Positions 1-10,965 of a stretch of DNA of 64,000 bases are shown here, piece by piece; position 1 is the stretch's first letter; each line of letters begins with the position of its first letter. The notes under the pieces were generated by a model. That model was given only the letters and a program-made list of their open reading frames with translations. It searched no databases and had not been told where the DNA came from. Source of the stretch: an uncultured virus (IMG/VR IMGVR_UViG_3300000553_000007) (taxonomy: Duplodnaviria > Heunggongvirae > Uroviricota > Caudoviricetes); the IMG/VR virus record IMGVR_UViG_3300000553_000007; one strand, given 5' to 3'. The position numbers were made by a program, and so were the translations under genes.

Positions 1-520
1 AAGTAGGAGTTTGTTGTGGCGCAGCCGTAGTCTGTGGTTGGGCAGGCGCCGTTGGTGTTCCAGTCGTAGGGTCTGCGGCCGGTTCAGTTGTAGCCTGTGA
101 AATTGGAAGACTCGTCTTTGGTTGTGTGGCGGCCGCTGGAGTCGGTTCTTTCTTATCTCCGTCGCCTGCAACCGGCATAGCATTAGGTGTAGCTCCCGGC
201 TTGGCATTAAATAAATTTGACTGCCCCCTCGTTGGGTCTTTTTCGAAATGGGTTCCACGTTTGATAGCATCCGCCTTATATTCTGGCGTAGGGAATGTCA
301 CTAAAATGCCTTTTGCATTAAATGCCTGTCTTTCAGGATATTTACCCTCTAAAATCTTATTAGAAAATGTACGTACAGTGTCCTCGTCCATTCCTTTTTT
401 GGAAAGATAGTCACGAAGAGCTTCCATATGGACGGATTCTTCAATATTAAACATTCCATCGTTAACACGTTCGTCCAATGAAACATCGTTTACAATTTTA
501 TTAATCAGCTTTTTATTCAT
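1..520 (-). CDS. Hypothetical protein with Pro/Ala/Thr-rich region, partial (runs off the left edge)
   Basis: Read manually: ATG at 520 gives MNKKLINKIVNDVSLDERVNDG..., open to position 1; TATTTATA motif 13 nt upstream. Absent from the ORF track because it has no stop in the window. Confidence 0.75.
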   Translation of the reverse strand, partial: MNKKLINKIVNDVSLDERVNDGMFNIEESVHMEALRDYLSKKGMDEDTVRTFSNKILEGKYPERQAFNAKGILVTFPTPEYKADAIKRGTHFEKDPTRGQSNLFNAKPGATPNAMPVAGDGDKKEPTPAAATQPKTSLPISQATTEPAADPTTGTPTAPAQPQTTAAPQQTPT

Positions 521-559
521 ACTATTACTTATGTATAAATATTAAGAAAATCTCGAAAG

Positions 560-1912
560 TCAAGGATAGATTTGAATAAGTGACGCGTAAGAGCTTCCCA
601 TGTAAACTTTTATAGGGAATTTATTACCCATTTTCATTATATACATCAACATATCCAATGTCTCTTTTCCGTCGCCTTTATGAAAATCGAACAATAATGC
701 ATCGTAGGTGTACAATACCGCTTTAGTTTTCTTATCTCTTAAATATCGATTAACCATTTTTATGGCGCTCATAGATATCTCAGTCTCAGTAGCTTGGAGG
801 ATATAATTAAACAATTTGTTCGGATTTGCGTCCTTTAAGTGTTGATTGGTTATAATTCTGTTGAATACCGGAGTGTGGATGAAACCATTCCGTTTAAACG
901 ACTCCCAATAAAAATTTATAAACTCTTTAAGAATACTAAAATATTTTATATGTTCGTATTTCTCTTCTACGCCGCCGTATAACTGTCTCATTGTTATACT
1001 CTTAATTTCTTCCATATCATACTCTATGACGTTTCTATTAAAATACAGCTCGCCCAAATATTTATAAATGTCTTCTTCTATAGACATCTTAAAATTGACA
1101 AGATTACAAATAATTCTAGGGTGGAATGCTGAATAATCTATCATCACCATGACTCCATCGTCACCATATCTTGAAGAGAAACAATCTCGTACACCGTTAT
1201 CTTTATTCAAAGCCGCGTAATTTACATTATCAAAGTGATTACTTGGGCGTCCTGTACTTGTGTGGATATTATATCGACTGTAAACTAATCCATTTGGTTG
1301 AATCTTTGCATCAAAATGTTTCTTAAAACATTCAGAATTGACATAAATTCCGTTTGATTCTAATTCTATGAGAGTATCAAGAATGGTTTCATTTTCCCGT
1401 TCATATCCGATGTGTAAAATACTAGTATCTGCTTCAAAGAATGTCTCGCACATTTTTTCAAATACTTCTTTGTGTTTTAATAACGGAATTGTTTTATTTA
1501 AATCTCCACAATCACGTTTAGTTCTATAGATGAATTTATGGGCGGTGGTTTCCAATGATTGTACATCAATCGTCTCATTTTTTTGAAGATGATTGAATAA
1601 ATCAAAATCCAATAAGTTTAAATTTAAAGATGGATTTATTTTTAATAAATGTTTGAATGACTGTTTATTAAATACCCACGTCTTATTTTCACGGGAAATT
1701 AAGTCATCAATGAAAGTAGTTTTATCTACAATCGAAACCAAATCTGGATGATTAAAAGAAAAACAATACGTCTCTTTACTTCTGACGAGTTTTATAAAAA
1801 CCAAAGAAACGTCCGTCGCACACGGATGTAAAAATTTGTCAGAAGGGATTGCCCACATTACTATTGGGACATACTTCGACGATTTTATAAAATTCTCATA
1901 ACTGACATTCAT
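560..1912 (-). CDS. polA: Short, divergent family-A DNA polymerase
   Basis: TSTGRPS motif, motif A (VMIDYSAFHPRII), motif B (KSITMRQLYG), NYILQATE, motif C (LYTYDALLFDF). Start moved from 1933 to ATG 1912 because of the upstream promoter. Confidence 0.85.
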   Translation of the reverse strand: MNVSYENFIKSSKYVPIVMWAIPSDKFLHPCATDVSLVFIKLVRSKETYCFSFNHPDLVSIVDKTTFIDDLISRENKTWVFNKQSFKHLLKINPSLNLNLLDFDLFNHLQKNETIDVQSLETTAHKFIYRTKRDCGDLNKTIPLLKHKEVFEKMCETFFEADTSILHIGYERENETILDTLIELESNGIYVNSECFKKHFDAKIQPNGLVYSRYNIHTSTGRPSNHFDNVNYAALNKDNGVRDCFSSRYGDDGVMVMIDYSAFHPRIICNLVNFKMSIEEDIYKYLGELYFNRNVIEYDMEEIKSITMRQLYGGVEEKYEHIKYFSILKEFINFYWESFKRNGFIHTPVFNRIITNQHLKDANPNKLFNYILQATETEISMSAIKMVNRYLRDKKTKAVLYTYDALLFDFHKGDGKETLDMLMYIMKMGNKFPIKVYMGSSYASLIQIYP

Positions 1913-1919
1913 CGTAGAC

Positions 1920-1948
1920 AGTATAAGTGTCAATGACTAAAATGTCAA
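1920..1948 (-). promoter_or_regulatory. Sigma70-type promoter for polA
   Basis: Minus strand TTGACA-17 nt-TATACT, 7 nt before ATG 1912. Confidence 0.75.
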
Positions 1949-1954
1949 TCCGTT

Positions 1955-4678
1955 TTAAATTGTGGAATTATCTGGCAACCAACCAGTCGGTTGGTCTTCA
2001 TATGGACCCTTAACTCTAGTTTTAATATAACCTGTGAGTGGATGTAATTGCGCCCTTATGGTGGTTTCCCATGTTCCCGCCTCAAGAGTCTGATGTACAT
2101 CTGTTATACGAAATATAATATTCCTATCACTATATGGTTCTGGTAGATTCTTTACAAGGAAATATTGGAACGTCCTTAATCCGCCGATTCCCTGTAAAGT
2201 TATTTCGAGTGTGATACCAGGTTGTACTGCGCAATATCTTGGATTATTATCATAATCAGAATCATTCAGTAATAATCTTAAAAGTTGTTGCCCACCGGCG
2301 CCACCCATGACCAATTTAACATACTCCTTCATATCAGGTTTAGACCCGTCCGGAGCAGATACTCCTTGTCTATTTGGATTCAATGCCATCTGCAATGTAC
2401 CGTCGTCTCCCGCAGAATTAATTTTTTGAAATGTTCGTATTAAATCTTCCTGTTCTTGTAATGCGGTGGTTCTCCTATCTAATCCATTAGGGTCGCCTTG
2501 AGATTTATCTTCCGGAGTTCCTATTACAGAATCTCTAAATTTATAATCTAATAAATCGTTTTTATCAACGTATTGATATTTAGAATTCTTATTATTAGCT
2601 GACCCATAAATAGCTCTGGTGGCTTGTGCGTCTGACATAACAGGTCTAAATTTTAATGATTTTATAATACTATCGGCATCTGAATAATCGAATGAATACA
2701 CTCTATCAGTCTGTTCATCCATTGCATATTTACTTATATACTTTTTATCGGTTATCGTTAATACTCCATCGACTTCTATAAGAACTAAATCCCAAAATCC
2801 ATCTACCGCATCCATCAACACTTGTAATATTGCCTTATAAATGTCCGGATATGAGGCATTGGAATCGTCTTCGACGGCAGATTTAAATGCCGAAAATGAA
2901 ATGTATATATTCGAAAGAAGTCCAGAATAATCTTTTTGAAGTTTATCACCACCTAGATTCCTAGAACTAACAGGTAACGGTTCATCAGAATTAAATTGAG
3001 ATGGAAAACTAAATGAACTTAACAGTTGTGAGAAATTACCAACCGAAGTAATATCTGCATATCTATATCGATTGTAATTAATTATAGAATCTAAATCATC
3101 ACGATAACATTTGCCTTGTTGATAACATATCGTTGATAATTTTTTATTTTGTAATGAACTTCCGATTGGTATAGGTCTTAATATTTGATATGAATAAGGT
3201 TCTTTTGGATTCCCCTCGCCTGTATTAATATTTTTAAGTGTGATATTATCAGTCGTACCTACACTACCATATAAAAATTTTGGAGCCTGATAATTTGGTA
3301 CTAATACTCTCGAATCACAAGAAACTAAATTTGGGTGGCCGCCAATAATACTATTCTGAACATCTACTTCGAATGCCTTATTTCCATTTTTGGCTCCACT
3401 GGGTATTGCAGAAAAATGATTTAATATGGCTACTACCATACCCATGTTAATCCAAAAATTATTTGGGTCATTCTCTTGAATCTTTTGGTCAAAATCACCA
3501 GCCTTCGGAGTTCCGAAATTTTCTTTTTGTGTATACGCGTCCTTTGGTCTACCAGAAAATATACCAAATACGTGCGGTAATCTCATACCGATTTGGTCTG
3601 CAGCCAATTCTGGATTTCCGGTATTTGTGGATGGAGTCAATAATGGATTTAATATATCATACCAAATGTCTTGTTTTGGATTTGTTTTTACTAATTTGAT
3701 TGTAGTCCCCGATACTACAGGAGAGTTAGTAACTAAATTCCTCAAATTCTGTATAGTCTGGTCTACATTTAAAAAATCTTTGAGGGACTTGAACGTACCA
3801 TTTTTACTGGCATCATCCTTATTAACCACCGATAGTCCATAATCTTTAGCTATACCAGCATACAATCTATCCTTGGATGTGATTTCAGTAGTACATATAA
3901 TTTTATTTCCTTCTATACTCCAATTGAAATTAGTAATAATACCATATACTACATCATAATTACCATTAGATTTTAAAATATTATTGGTATATAACGGATA
4001 CGAATTATCCCACAGACTTCTCATCTGTCCTATATTACTTAAATCTACTAACGACTTTACGTTGTAATGATTCCAACCCCACTCGAGCATACAAGTTATA
4101 CCAGGAACTAAAAAATATGGAGTCATGTATTGTAATTGTTTAAAAGAAAAACATACCCATTCTATTTGTACTCGTCGTATTAATTCCTTTTGTACGGTTA
4201 CTTCCATCCTAGAAATCTCAGGAGAAGGAACGTGAATTGGGTAATTACTTCTCTCATCAACAGGAGCGGTCAAAGAATTTTCAATAATATGTGGGTCTCC
4301 TGGCGCACCATTTATAAATGTTCCTGGAGTATATCCTATTATTTGTTGTTTTGCGCCGCCAACATTTTTGGGCGGAGTGAACCCATAAGTATCATAAAAT
4401 CCCTTACCACTATATAAGACAAATCTCTGTTTATCACATATAGGATTCCCATAATTATCGAGTTGAGTAGGAACCACAGGATGACCTGCGCTATTAGAAC
4501 ATAATCTAATCCAAGAAACCATTGGACCTCTATATGCATTAAAATCACCATCTTTACCCCATGTGACAGACGCATTACTTTTGAAATTAAAAGACCTATT
4601 TATTTTTCTTCGGTCTAATTCCCTTGTAATTTCTATAGGCACATTCGACGGCTGCCACGGACATATTGGAGCAGGCAT
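1955..4678 (-). CDS. Large baseplate/hub-region virion protein
   Basis: 907 aa, lies downstream of tape measure and LysM-like genes; C-terminal 'LEITLQGIGG...FRITDVHQTL...WETTIRAQ' resembles hub/late-control-D-type beta-barrel ends. Confidence 0.6.
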   Translation of the reverse strand: MPAPICPWQPSNVPIEITRELDRRKINRSFNFKSNASVTWGKDGDFNAYRGPMVSWIRLCSNSAGHPVVPTQLDNYGNPICDKQRFVLYSGKGFYDTYGFTPPKNVGGAKQQIIGYTPGTFINGAPGDPHIIENSLTAPVDERSNYPIHVPSPEISRMEVTVQKELIRRVQIEWVCFSFKQLQYMTPYFLVPGITCMLEWGWNHYNVKSLVDLSNIGQMRSLWDNSYPLYTNNILKSNGNYDVVYGIITNFNWSIEGNKIICTTEITSKDRLYAGIAKDYGLSVVNKDDASKNGTFKSLKDFLNVDQTIQNLRNLVTNSPVVSGTTIKLVKTNPKQDIWYDILNPLLTPSTNTGNPELAADQIGMRLPHVFGIFSGRPKDAYTQKENFGTPKAGDFDQKIQENDPNNFWINMGMVVAILNHFSAIPSGAKNGNKAFEVDVQNSIIGGHPNLVSCDSRVLVPNYQAPKFLYGSVGTTDNITLKNINTGEGNPKEPYSYQILRPIPIGSSLQNKKLSTICYQQGKCYRDDLDSIINYNRYRYADITSVGNFSQLLSSFSFPSQFNSDEPLPVSSRNLGGDKLQKDYSGLLSNIYISFSAFKSAVEDDSNASYPDIYKAILQVLMDAVDGFWDLVLIEVDGVLTITDKKYISKYAMDEQTDRVYSFDYSDADSIIKSLKFRPVMSDAQATRAIYGSANNKNSKYQYVDKNDLLDYKFRDSVIGTPEDKSQGDPNGLDRRTTALQEQEDLIRTFQKINSAGDDGTLQMALNPNRQGVSAPDGSKPDMKEYVKLVMGGAGGQQLLRLLLNDSDYDNNPRYCAVQPGITLEITLQGIGGLRTFQYFLVKNLPEPYSDRNIIFRITDVHQTLEAGTWETTIRAQLHPLTGYIKTRVKGPYEDQPTGWLPDNSTI

Positions 4679-4679
4679 T

Positions 4680-5411
4680 TTACAAAATCTCCTTTCCAGA
4701 AATTACATCACGAATTATGTTATGTTCCTCATCATACCTAATGAATACATTTGGATTAATTTTTTTAATAATTCGTTCCTCTCTAATCTTGTCTCTTTTT
4801 TTTATACCAATTCCATTATGTTTTGGTTCGTCGTATTCAAATACTACATTCTTTTCTTCATCATATCCATCTAAAGAATATCCAGAAACAACGACTTCTC
4901 CACCATTCATGGCATGTTTAAAATTATACCCATTTCTATTTCCAAATTCTTCAATAAATTTACAAGCCAGTGGATTATAATTATAATTAGTCCCAAATTT
5001 TTTTATTTGATTTAATTTAGCCGTCCTCAATTTTTCTCTAAATTCTTCTGTGAATTTATTTTTATTTTTTTCAGATGATTTTAATGCCCTGCTCATCATT
5101 TTTCTATATAAATTTGTTTTTTGAAATTTCCTATCAATTAATTTTGCGCTTTCTTTTGTTGCGCAACCTCTACATTTAGAATTATTAGTTTTAGACAGAT
5201 TTAAACTCTGCCGACATGTATATTTTAATAATTTTCCACAAGAACATAATTTTTCAAATATACCATTATGTTTTCTATTTTTTATTCCACGACATTTATT
5301 ACATTCAGTATTCTTTTTTGTAGATAATATCAATACACCTTTACAAGAATAATTTTGTTCACATCCACAATTAGGGCAATTTTTTGTCCACTTTCTTGTT
5401 CTGATATCCAT
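4680..5411 (-). CDS. Putative homing endonuclease (CxxC repeats plus C-terminal Vsr/DUF559-like PD-(D/E)xK domain)
   Basis: Several CxxC pairs, Lys-rich, C-terminal YSLDGYDEEKNVVFEYDEPKH; same C-terminal motif in 43507..44373. Confidence 0.7.
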   Translation of the reverse strand: MDIRTRKWTKNCPNCGCEQNYSCKGVLILSTKKNTECNKCRGIKNRKHNGIFEKLCSCGKLLKYTCRQSLNLSKTNNSKCRGCATKESAKLIDRKFQKTNLYRKMMSRALKSSEKNKNKFTEEFREKLRTAKLNQIKKFGTNYNYNPLACKFIEEFGNRNGYNFKHAMNGGEVVVSGYSLDGYDEEKNVVFEYDEPKHNGIGIKKRDKIREERIIKKINPNVFIRYDEEHNIIRDVISGKEIL

Positions 5412-5415
5412 ATTA

Positions 5416-5712
5416 TTAAGTGTTTAAACTATTAAACTGATTTATTATGGAATTTATATTTGTTGGTATCCTCAATTGTATTCCGGCTGGTACAGACAAT
5501 CGACCTTTACCTAAACTGTTTGCCAATGCAATTACCCACCATAATGTAGGGTCGCCATAATACGTATACGCAAGAGTATCTAATTGACTGGTTTCATTTG
5601 ATATAATAACCGCATCACTATCCTGTGGATTTATAACAGGATAACGAGTAGTCGTATATGTTCTCTTACCATCCCATCTTTTAATTACCGGCGTTGTATT
5701 ATATCGTTTCAT
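5416..5712 (-). CDS. LysM-like baseplate protein (tail X / gp53-like)
   Basis: LDTLAYTYYGDPTLWWVIALAN...G.QLRIP signature. Confidence 0.85.
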   Translation of the reverse strand: MKRYNTTPVIKRWDGKRTYTTTRYPVINPQDSDAVIISNETSQLDTLAYTYYGDPTLWWVIALANSLGKGRLSVPAGIQLRIPTNINSIINQFNSLNT

Positions 5713-8198
5713 TTAAATGCAGTTGGATTATTTGTCACAGACCCTCCAAATGGTACTGTGAATGATGAGTCATTCCCAGCAGACGTCGGAACAGACGTTA
5801 ATTGGAATGGAACAGTAGTTGTTGTATTTGCCACTGCCGGAGTAGTAATTTGAACTATCGAATCATTGGTGGCCGCCGTATTTTTTGTTTTCGGATTTGG
5901 TGTTCCTGGCTTATTCCATTCAACAAAGTTTTGATGTAATACGCTAGGAGCCGGTAGATATGACGTATATGGGTCATTAGACGTAACAAATCTATTAGCC
6001 ACATCTAAATGCTCCCAATCGTCAACTCTAGGTTCATGTCCGAAATGAGAACCGCCAACGACGGCCCTTTCTTTTTCTAGTAAATTACACGTCACGGCTA
6101 TCTCAGCCTCTCTTGGAAGTTGACCATAATTTTTACCCAAATTAGGCGACGTAATCATCCCATTTAAATAACTCCATCCCTGCTTTGCATTTTTTTCATT
6201 TAGAGTTTCCCAAGATGCGTCGTCAGGAATATTAACGTTGATAGAAGTAATAACCATAGGTTGATATTTATATAAATCACCAATGGTTAACATAAACATA
6301 GGAGGTACTATAAATCTATTAAATTTTTGATTTACATTTTGTCCCGTTGTGTAGTTGGACGGTTTAACCGCACTAGCCAAATAATTTATTTTCTTCCAAG
6401 AAGGCAATAATTCTTTTACACTATTAATTACCACATTAAATGTAAATGAAAGAGTTCTACTAAATCCATTATACGAATATATTTGGTCAGAACGTCCTAT
6501 GAATCTTAATTCGTCCCAGAATGCTGTGTTACCTTCGGATATACCTTTAACAGTAGCCCTAAACGGTATATACTTTGAATTAACAACATCATAAAAATAA
6601 AATGCAATCAAATCATCGTTATATGGATTATATTCAGTCCAGTTATATTCAGTTAATATGGATTTGTCTGTAATCTGTTGGTTGTTTGGCAACACTCCTA
6701 ATAAATTAATACCATCCGACTTAAATGTGGTAGCCATTCTTAAACTCGTTCCTCCCACAGATTTGAATGTCTCGTCAATCGATTTAGGTACTGTCTCATT
6801 AATTACACCAGGGGAACCATATTTGTATTCCTGTCTGGCGCTATTTGGTCCTGTATTTAGGTTTAAATCTTTGATTGTATTTATTCTATTATATCCCAAT
6901 GCCGAACCTTCTGTCAATAGTCCTGATGGTAATAATCCTGACAATACCGCAGATGTTGCGTTGTATGTGTTACTACTTCCATTTATACCTCTTACGACAC
7001 GGGATAACTGTCTATTCGTGGCTACAACCTGTTCATTTAACGGGTCAGCCAATTTTGTTGTATATTGTTTTGTAGGATTAATATAATCTGCAAAATTAAT
7101 TAAAATGTCAGAATTTGTATATTGTTGATGGTTGGCGGGATATATGGAGTCATAATAAGCATTTCCATTTTCTGCCGTATTATATCCTACCGGCATGTTA
7201 TTGCCCAAATTATCATTTATCGTTTTAGATGGAATGCTATCCATCGTCTGATATTGAAATAGTGGAAATATTATATTATTTATAGAAGACTGTGGTATTG
7301 GTCTTAGTTTCGTGAATACCCCTGGCATTTTTCCTGTATTAGAATCATTATACCAAGGTTGTAACCAATGTAAAGCTACTCTAATATTACCATCTTCACC
7401 AACATAATATTTATTTTTGGTATTATACATCATGTCTGCTGCCTGTTCATCCGCCCGATATGTTCCTGACGACTTAGGCGCCCCTCCAAAAAATGATTTA
7501 AATGATGCTCCAATAGATGATATTAATCCACTTATACCAAGACCACCAGAAGATTGTGATTTTGCCCACTTCGATTGTAATGTCATCAATGCGTTTGCCG
7601 CGTCCCCACCACGAATTAATCCCTTACCTTGGCCAGGGTTAATTGACGGAAGAGCGGCGCTGCCTACCGTACTGGCAGGGGTCTGGAATCCATTAGTTAG
7701 ATTTATACCAACTGTAGATGTTATCGAATTAGCAAATCCCAATAGCCCGCCTTCTACATGTCTAATAGGTAAATCGCCCAAACCAAGAGTCAATGGTTGG
7801 ACGCTAGCTAATAAAGGAGATAACGGATTATATATACGAGTTTCATCGAACGGTGCGCTTCTTTGGATTGCGGCTTGAGTTATTAAGAATTGAACGCCCC
7901 ATGACGAAATTAAAAATTTTGAAACTCGTTTGACATCGTTGATGGAATCGGGTGTTATACCAACAATCGAGCCTAATGATTGTACGGAAGACGGTAAACT
8001 AGGGAACAGTCCCTTCTGGCCGCCGTTTATAGTAGTATATACGAATGGTTGTTTATCTGATAAAATTCCTCCTAAGAGGCCACCTTTATAAGTCGTATAT
8101 GGACTAAATTTACTATACAGGTAATTACTATTATCGTTAAACAATAATTGTATTTTTCCAGGAGTATTGGGTAAATTTGGTGGAATGTTCAGTGGCAT
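5709..8198 (-). CDS. Baseplate/tail-tube initiator-like structural protein
   Basis: Follows the tape measure gene; C-terminal 'IPFRATVKGISE...W...FIGRSDQIYSYNGFSRTLSFTF...PPMFMLTIGDLY' is typical of tube-initiator-like domains. Confidence 0.65.
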   Translation of the reverse strand: MPLNIPPNLPNTPGKIQLLFNDNSNYLYSKFSPYTTYKGGLLGGILSDKQPFVYTTINGGQKGLFPSLPSSVQSLGSIVGITPDSINDVKRVSKFLISSWGVQFLITQAAIQRSAPFDETRIYNPLSPLLASVQPLTLGLGDLPIRHVEGGLLGFANSITSTVGINLTNGFQTPASTVGSAALPSINPGQGKGLIRGGDAANALMTLQSKWAKSQSSGGLGISGLISSIGASFKSFFGGAPKSSGTYRADEQAADMMYNTKNKYYVGEDGNIRVALHWLQPWYNDSNTGKMPGVFTKLRPIPQSSINNIIFPLFQYQTMDSIPSKTINDNLGNNMPVGYNTAENGNAYYDSIYPANHQQYTNSDILINFADYINPTKQYTTKLADPLNEQVVATNRQLSRVVRGINGSSNTYNATSAVLSGLLPSGLLTEGSALGYNRINTIKDLNLNTGPNSARQEYKYGSPGVINETVPKSIDETFKSVGGTSLRMATTFKSDGINLLGVLPNNQQITDKSILTEYNWTEYNPYNDDLIAFYFYDVVNSKYIPFRATVKGISEGNTAFWDELRFIGRSDQIYSYNGFSRTLSFTFNVVINSVKELLPSWKKINYLASAVKPSNYTTGQNVNQKFNRFIVPPMFMLTIGDLYKYQPMVITSINVNIPDDASWETLNEKNAKQGWSYLNGMITSPNLGKNYGQLPREAEIAVTCNLLEKERAVVGGSHFGHEPRVDDWEHLDVANRFVTSNDPYTSYLPAPSVLHQNFVEWNKPGTPNPKTKNTAATNDSIVQITTPAVANTTTTVPFQLTSVPTSAGNDSSFTVPFGGSVTNNPTAFK

Positions 8199-8210
8199 AT
8201 AGTATAAGTA

Positions 8211-10679
8211 TTATGTCAATTGGCCAGTGTAGGCTAATCTTCTGCCCACGGCGGAATCTAATTTTTGTGAATCTATGAATACATTCGATGTTATCATTCC
8301 AGCTTTTAAATCTGCCCTTAAAGAGTTTATAGCGTCCACAACCAAATCCATCTTTTTAGAAATCATATCATTAGATTCTGTTGTACCGACGTTCGTTGGA
8401 GTAGATTGTTTTGAATCCACGTCTACCTTAGATTTATCCATACTAACGTTAGTATTCGGTTGCGGCGTCGATTCTGCGGCAATATTACTACCACCAAAGA
8501 AATGTGATATAATAGGCAATCCTTTTATGAAATCCCATGCCTTTTGAAATGGAGATATCAATGCCTTAATCAACATAGACTCCACTGCCATTATACCATC
8601 AACTATCATTAATCCTAAAGTAGACGGAGAATTTCCTAAAAATAATCCTTTTAACCAATTCCATACATCAACAAATGGTTTTTTTAATGCATCATATATC
8701 ATACCGCCAACCGCTTTAATTCCATCTCCAATTTTAAAAATTACTAACCAAATAGCCTGGGCCGCGTTTTGAACCCATTTAAATTTATTCAATAATGTAC
8801 CAATACCAAATCCAGCAGCAAATGCCGCAATTATCCAACTTATAGGAGACATTACTACGGCCAATAGACCAGTTCCAATAGACGAAAATAAACCAACTAA
8901 CCACGTTCCTATCGATGCAAATGCAGTAGTTATGCCTACAGGAATAGAATCTAAAAAAGTAACCCATACTAATTTTAATGTATTTAAAACTCCTATATTT
9001 CCAAATAACTTTTTAGCTAATATGGAAAATCCAGCAGTGTTCTCTGCTAAAATAGTCTTAGATTTTTTTAATATCATATCTAACCCAAATCCCAATCTAG
9101 TAGTTTCCTTAGAAGTAGCCATCATAATTAATTTATTTGCCAACCAAATCGAACCCAACAAAATACTAATATTTTTAATTGTATTCATATTTTTAGCAAC
9201 GAATGTTAATATGGATGCAATCGTAGGAAAAACAGACGCTCCCAACTTAGCAAATATAGAACTCCATGCCGCGGCTATTGCGGCAGTAGCCTTTTGATTA
9301 CTCATCGATTCTATTTCCTGTCTAGCCTTTTCCGCATAACTTTTAACTTCCGACTTTTGCATACCCATCATTAAATTGTATTGTGTTCTCTGTTGAGAAG
9401 TCATAGCCGCCAATATTTTAGAATGTTCTCTATCAGATTCCAACATACCAGCTATTTCACCGGCAGATTTGCCTAATGCTTTTGCAACTGCGTCTTGTTG
9501 GAATGGGTCTAACTGTTCAAAATTAGATTCTTTGGCCAATTTTAAAATCTCATTGTTCAATCCCTTTATGTCTCTATGGTATGCTAATTCACGAACTTTT
9601 TGTAAATTCATAGATTTACCTAATAAAACACTAGCCTCCATTTCACTTTTAACACTCTCAGTGAAATTCAATAAAGAACTAGATGATTTAACTGCTGATT
9701 GTAGACTCGTTCCCATTTCTTTAGCATTTATCGCGGCTTTTATTAATTCAAGTGGATTTTTTGATAAAAATTGATACGACTCCTTAGCCGAGGCCGCTAC
9801 ATCCTGCATTATTGAATCTAACGGAACTCCCGCGGCGGCCGACATACTCTGAGCTATCAACATCATGTCTCGGGAAGTATCCAAAGTTCCACCACTAATA
9901 ATAGCAATCGATTTTAAAAATTGGGCCGACGATTTAGTCGTTATACCAAATTGAGCAGAAAATAGAGACATATCCTTGACCAATCCAGTAGTGTATGCCA
10001 ATGAAGAGCCCGCTTCTTCTGATATAGATTTAAATGACTCGTATACGTCTTTGGCGGTAACTCCTAGAATAGTATATTGAATTGCAATATCTCTAGCCAC
10101 TTTCTCTATTCCATCGGATTGGCTCCTCATAATCCCCATAGATTTACGAAAATCCGCAGCTGCTGAGTCTAATTGGTCGAATACGCTATAAATTTTTTTG
10201 AAAATGTATAATGCTACACTCAAAGCAATTAACTCAGGTTCCAATTTTAATAACTTGGTAATACTTTTTAGTCTCGAAAAAATACCACCAAAACTTTTAT
10301 CCAAATCTTTCCACGCATCTTTTATATGTTGAGAATCCGACACTAACTCTTCTTGTATTTTCTGTTGTTTGAATAATTCTTGAACTTGTTTGGTCAATGC
10401 TTTCTTCATGTCTTCGCTCGACGTTTTTGAATTGCCCATTATATTTGCAATTTCAGTATGTATTCCTTTAATTTTTATAGAGGTATCTAACGATGACTGT
10501 TCGCTAGCATTTTTTCCCTTCATACTTTTAAGAATTTCAATTTCAACATTATTAATTGACTGAAAAAGATTAAGTCCCGCTCTAGTCATCGTGTTGAGAG
10601 ATTCCATTTCTTTGCCTATATCTCTTATTAAAGATAAATCGGACGCCAATTCTTTATTGTTTATAGTGGATTCTGCCAT
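8211..10679 (-). CDS. Tail tape measure protein
   Basis: 822 aa, helical and Ala/Lys-rich with hydrophobic segments and periodic W/F in the C-terminal half; sits after the chaperone genes. Confidence 0.8.
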   Translation of the reverse strand: MAESTINNKELASDLSLIRDIGKEMESLNTMTRAGLNLFQSINNVEIEILKSMKGKNASEQSSLDTSIKIKGIHTEIANIMGNSKTSSEDMKKALTKQVQELFKQQKIQEELVSDSQHIKDAWKDLDKSFGGIFSRLKSITKLLKLEPELIALSVALYIFKKIYSVFDQLDSAAADFRKSMGIMRSQSDGIEKVARDIAIQYTILGVTAKDVYESFKSISEEAGSSLAYTTGLVKDMSLFSAQFGITTKSSAQFLKSIAIISGGTLDTSRDMMLIAQSMSAAAGVPLDSIMQDVAASAKESYQFLSKNPLELIKAAINAKEMGTSLQSAVKSSSSLLNFTESVKSEMEASVLLGKSMNLQKVRELAYHRDIKGLNNEILKLAKESNFEQLDPFQQDAVAKALGKSAGEIAGMLESDREHSKILAAMTSQQRTQYNLMMGMQKSEVKSYAEKARQEIESMSNQKATAAIAAAWSSIFAKLGASVFPTIASILTFVAKNMNTIKNISILLGSIWLANKLIMMATSKETTRLGFGLDMILKKSKTILAENTAGFSILAKKLFGNIGVLNTLKLVWVTFLDSIPVGITTAFASIGTWLVGLFSSIGTGLLAVVMSPISWIIAAFAAGFGIGTLLNKFKWVQNAAQAIWLVIFKIGDGIKAVGGMIYDALKKPFVDVWNWLKGLFLGNSPSTLGLMIVDGIMAVESMLIKALISPFQKAWDFIKGLPIISHFFGGSNIAAESTPQPNTNVSMDKSKVDVDSKQSTPTNVGTTESNDMISKKMDLVVDAINSLRADLKAGMITSNVFIDSQKLDSAVGRRLAYTGQLT

Positions 10680-10716
10680 ACTGAATATAAATAGTCAAAA
10701 ATAATAAGTTTTTGTA

Positions 10717-10965
10717 TTATTTTCTAACTAAAGGTTGTCTAGCCACAGTATTTGATTTCGGAGAACTCTGATTATCTTGTTTCTTGGACTGTTCATTCTC
10801 CTTTTCTCTCTGTTCAATCAACATTCTTAAATAGAAATATCGCAGAGATATAGGTAGACTGTAAGCCTCGTCGTGGGTGAAACCGCCCTGACTGTTATAA
10901 ATCAGATGGAAGATTTCTTGATGGATTCTAACCTTGTCCTCACCTGTCAAGGTCAGGCCATAGAA
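10717..10965 (-). CDS. gp51-like tail/baseplate assembly protein, probably made as a +1 frameshift extension of the upstream gene
   Basis: 'RIHQEIFHLIYNSQGGFTHDEAYSLPISLRYFYLRMLIEQREKENE' resembles gp51-like proteins. It overlaps the end of the upstream ORF in the +1 frame (ORF track start 11028). Confidence 0.65.
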   Translation of the reverse strand, partial: FYGLTLTGEDKVRIHQEIFHLIYNSQGGFTHDEAYSLPISLRYFYLRMLIEQREKENEQSKKQDNQSSPKSNTVARQPLVRK

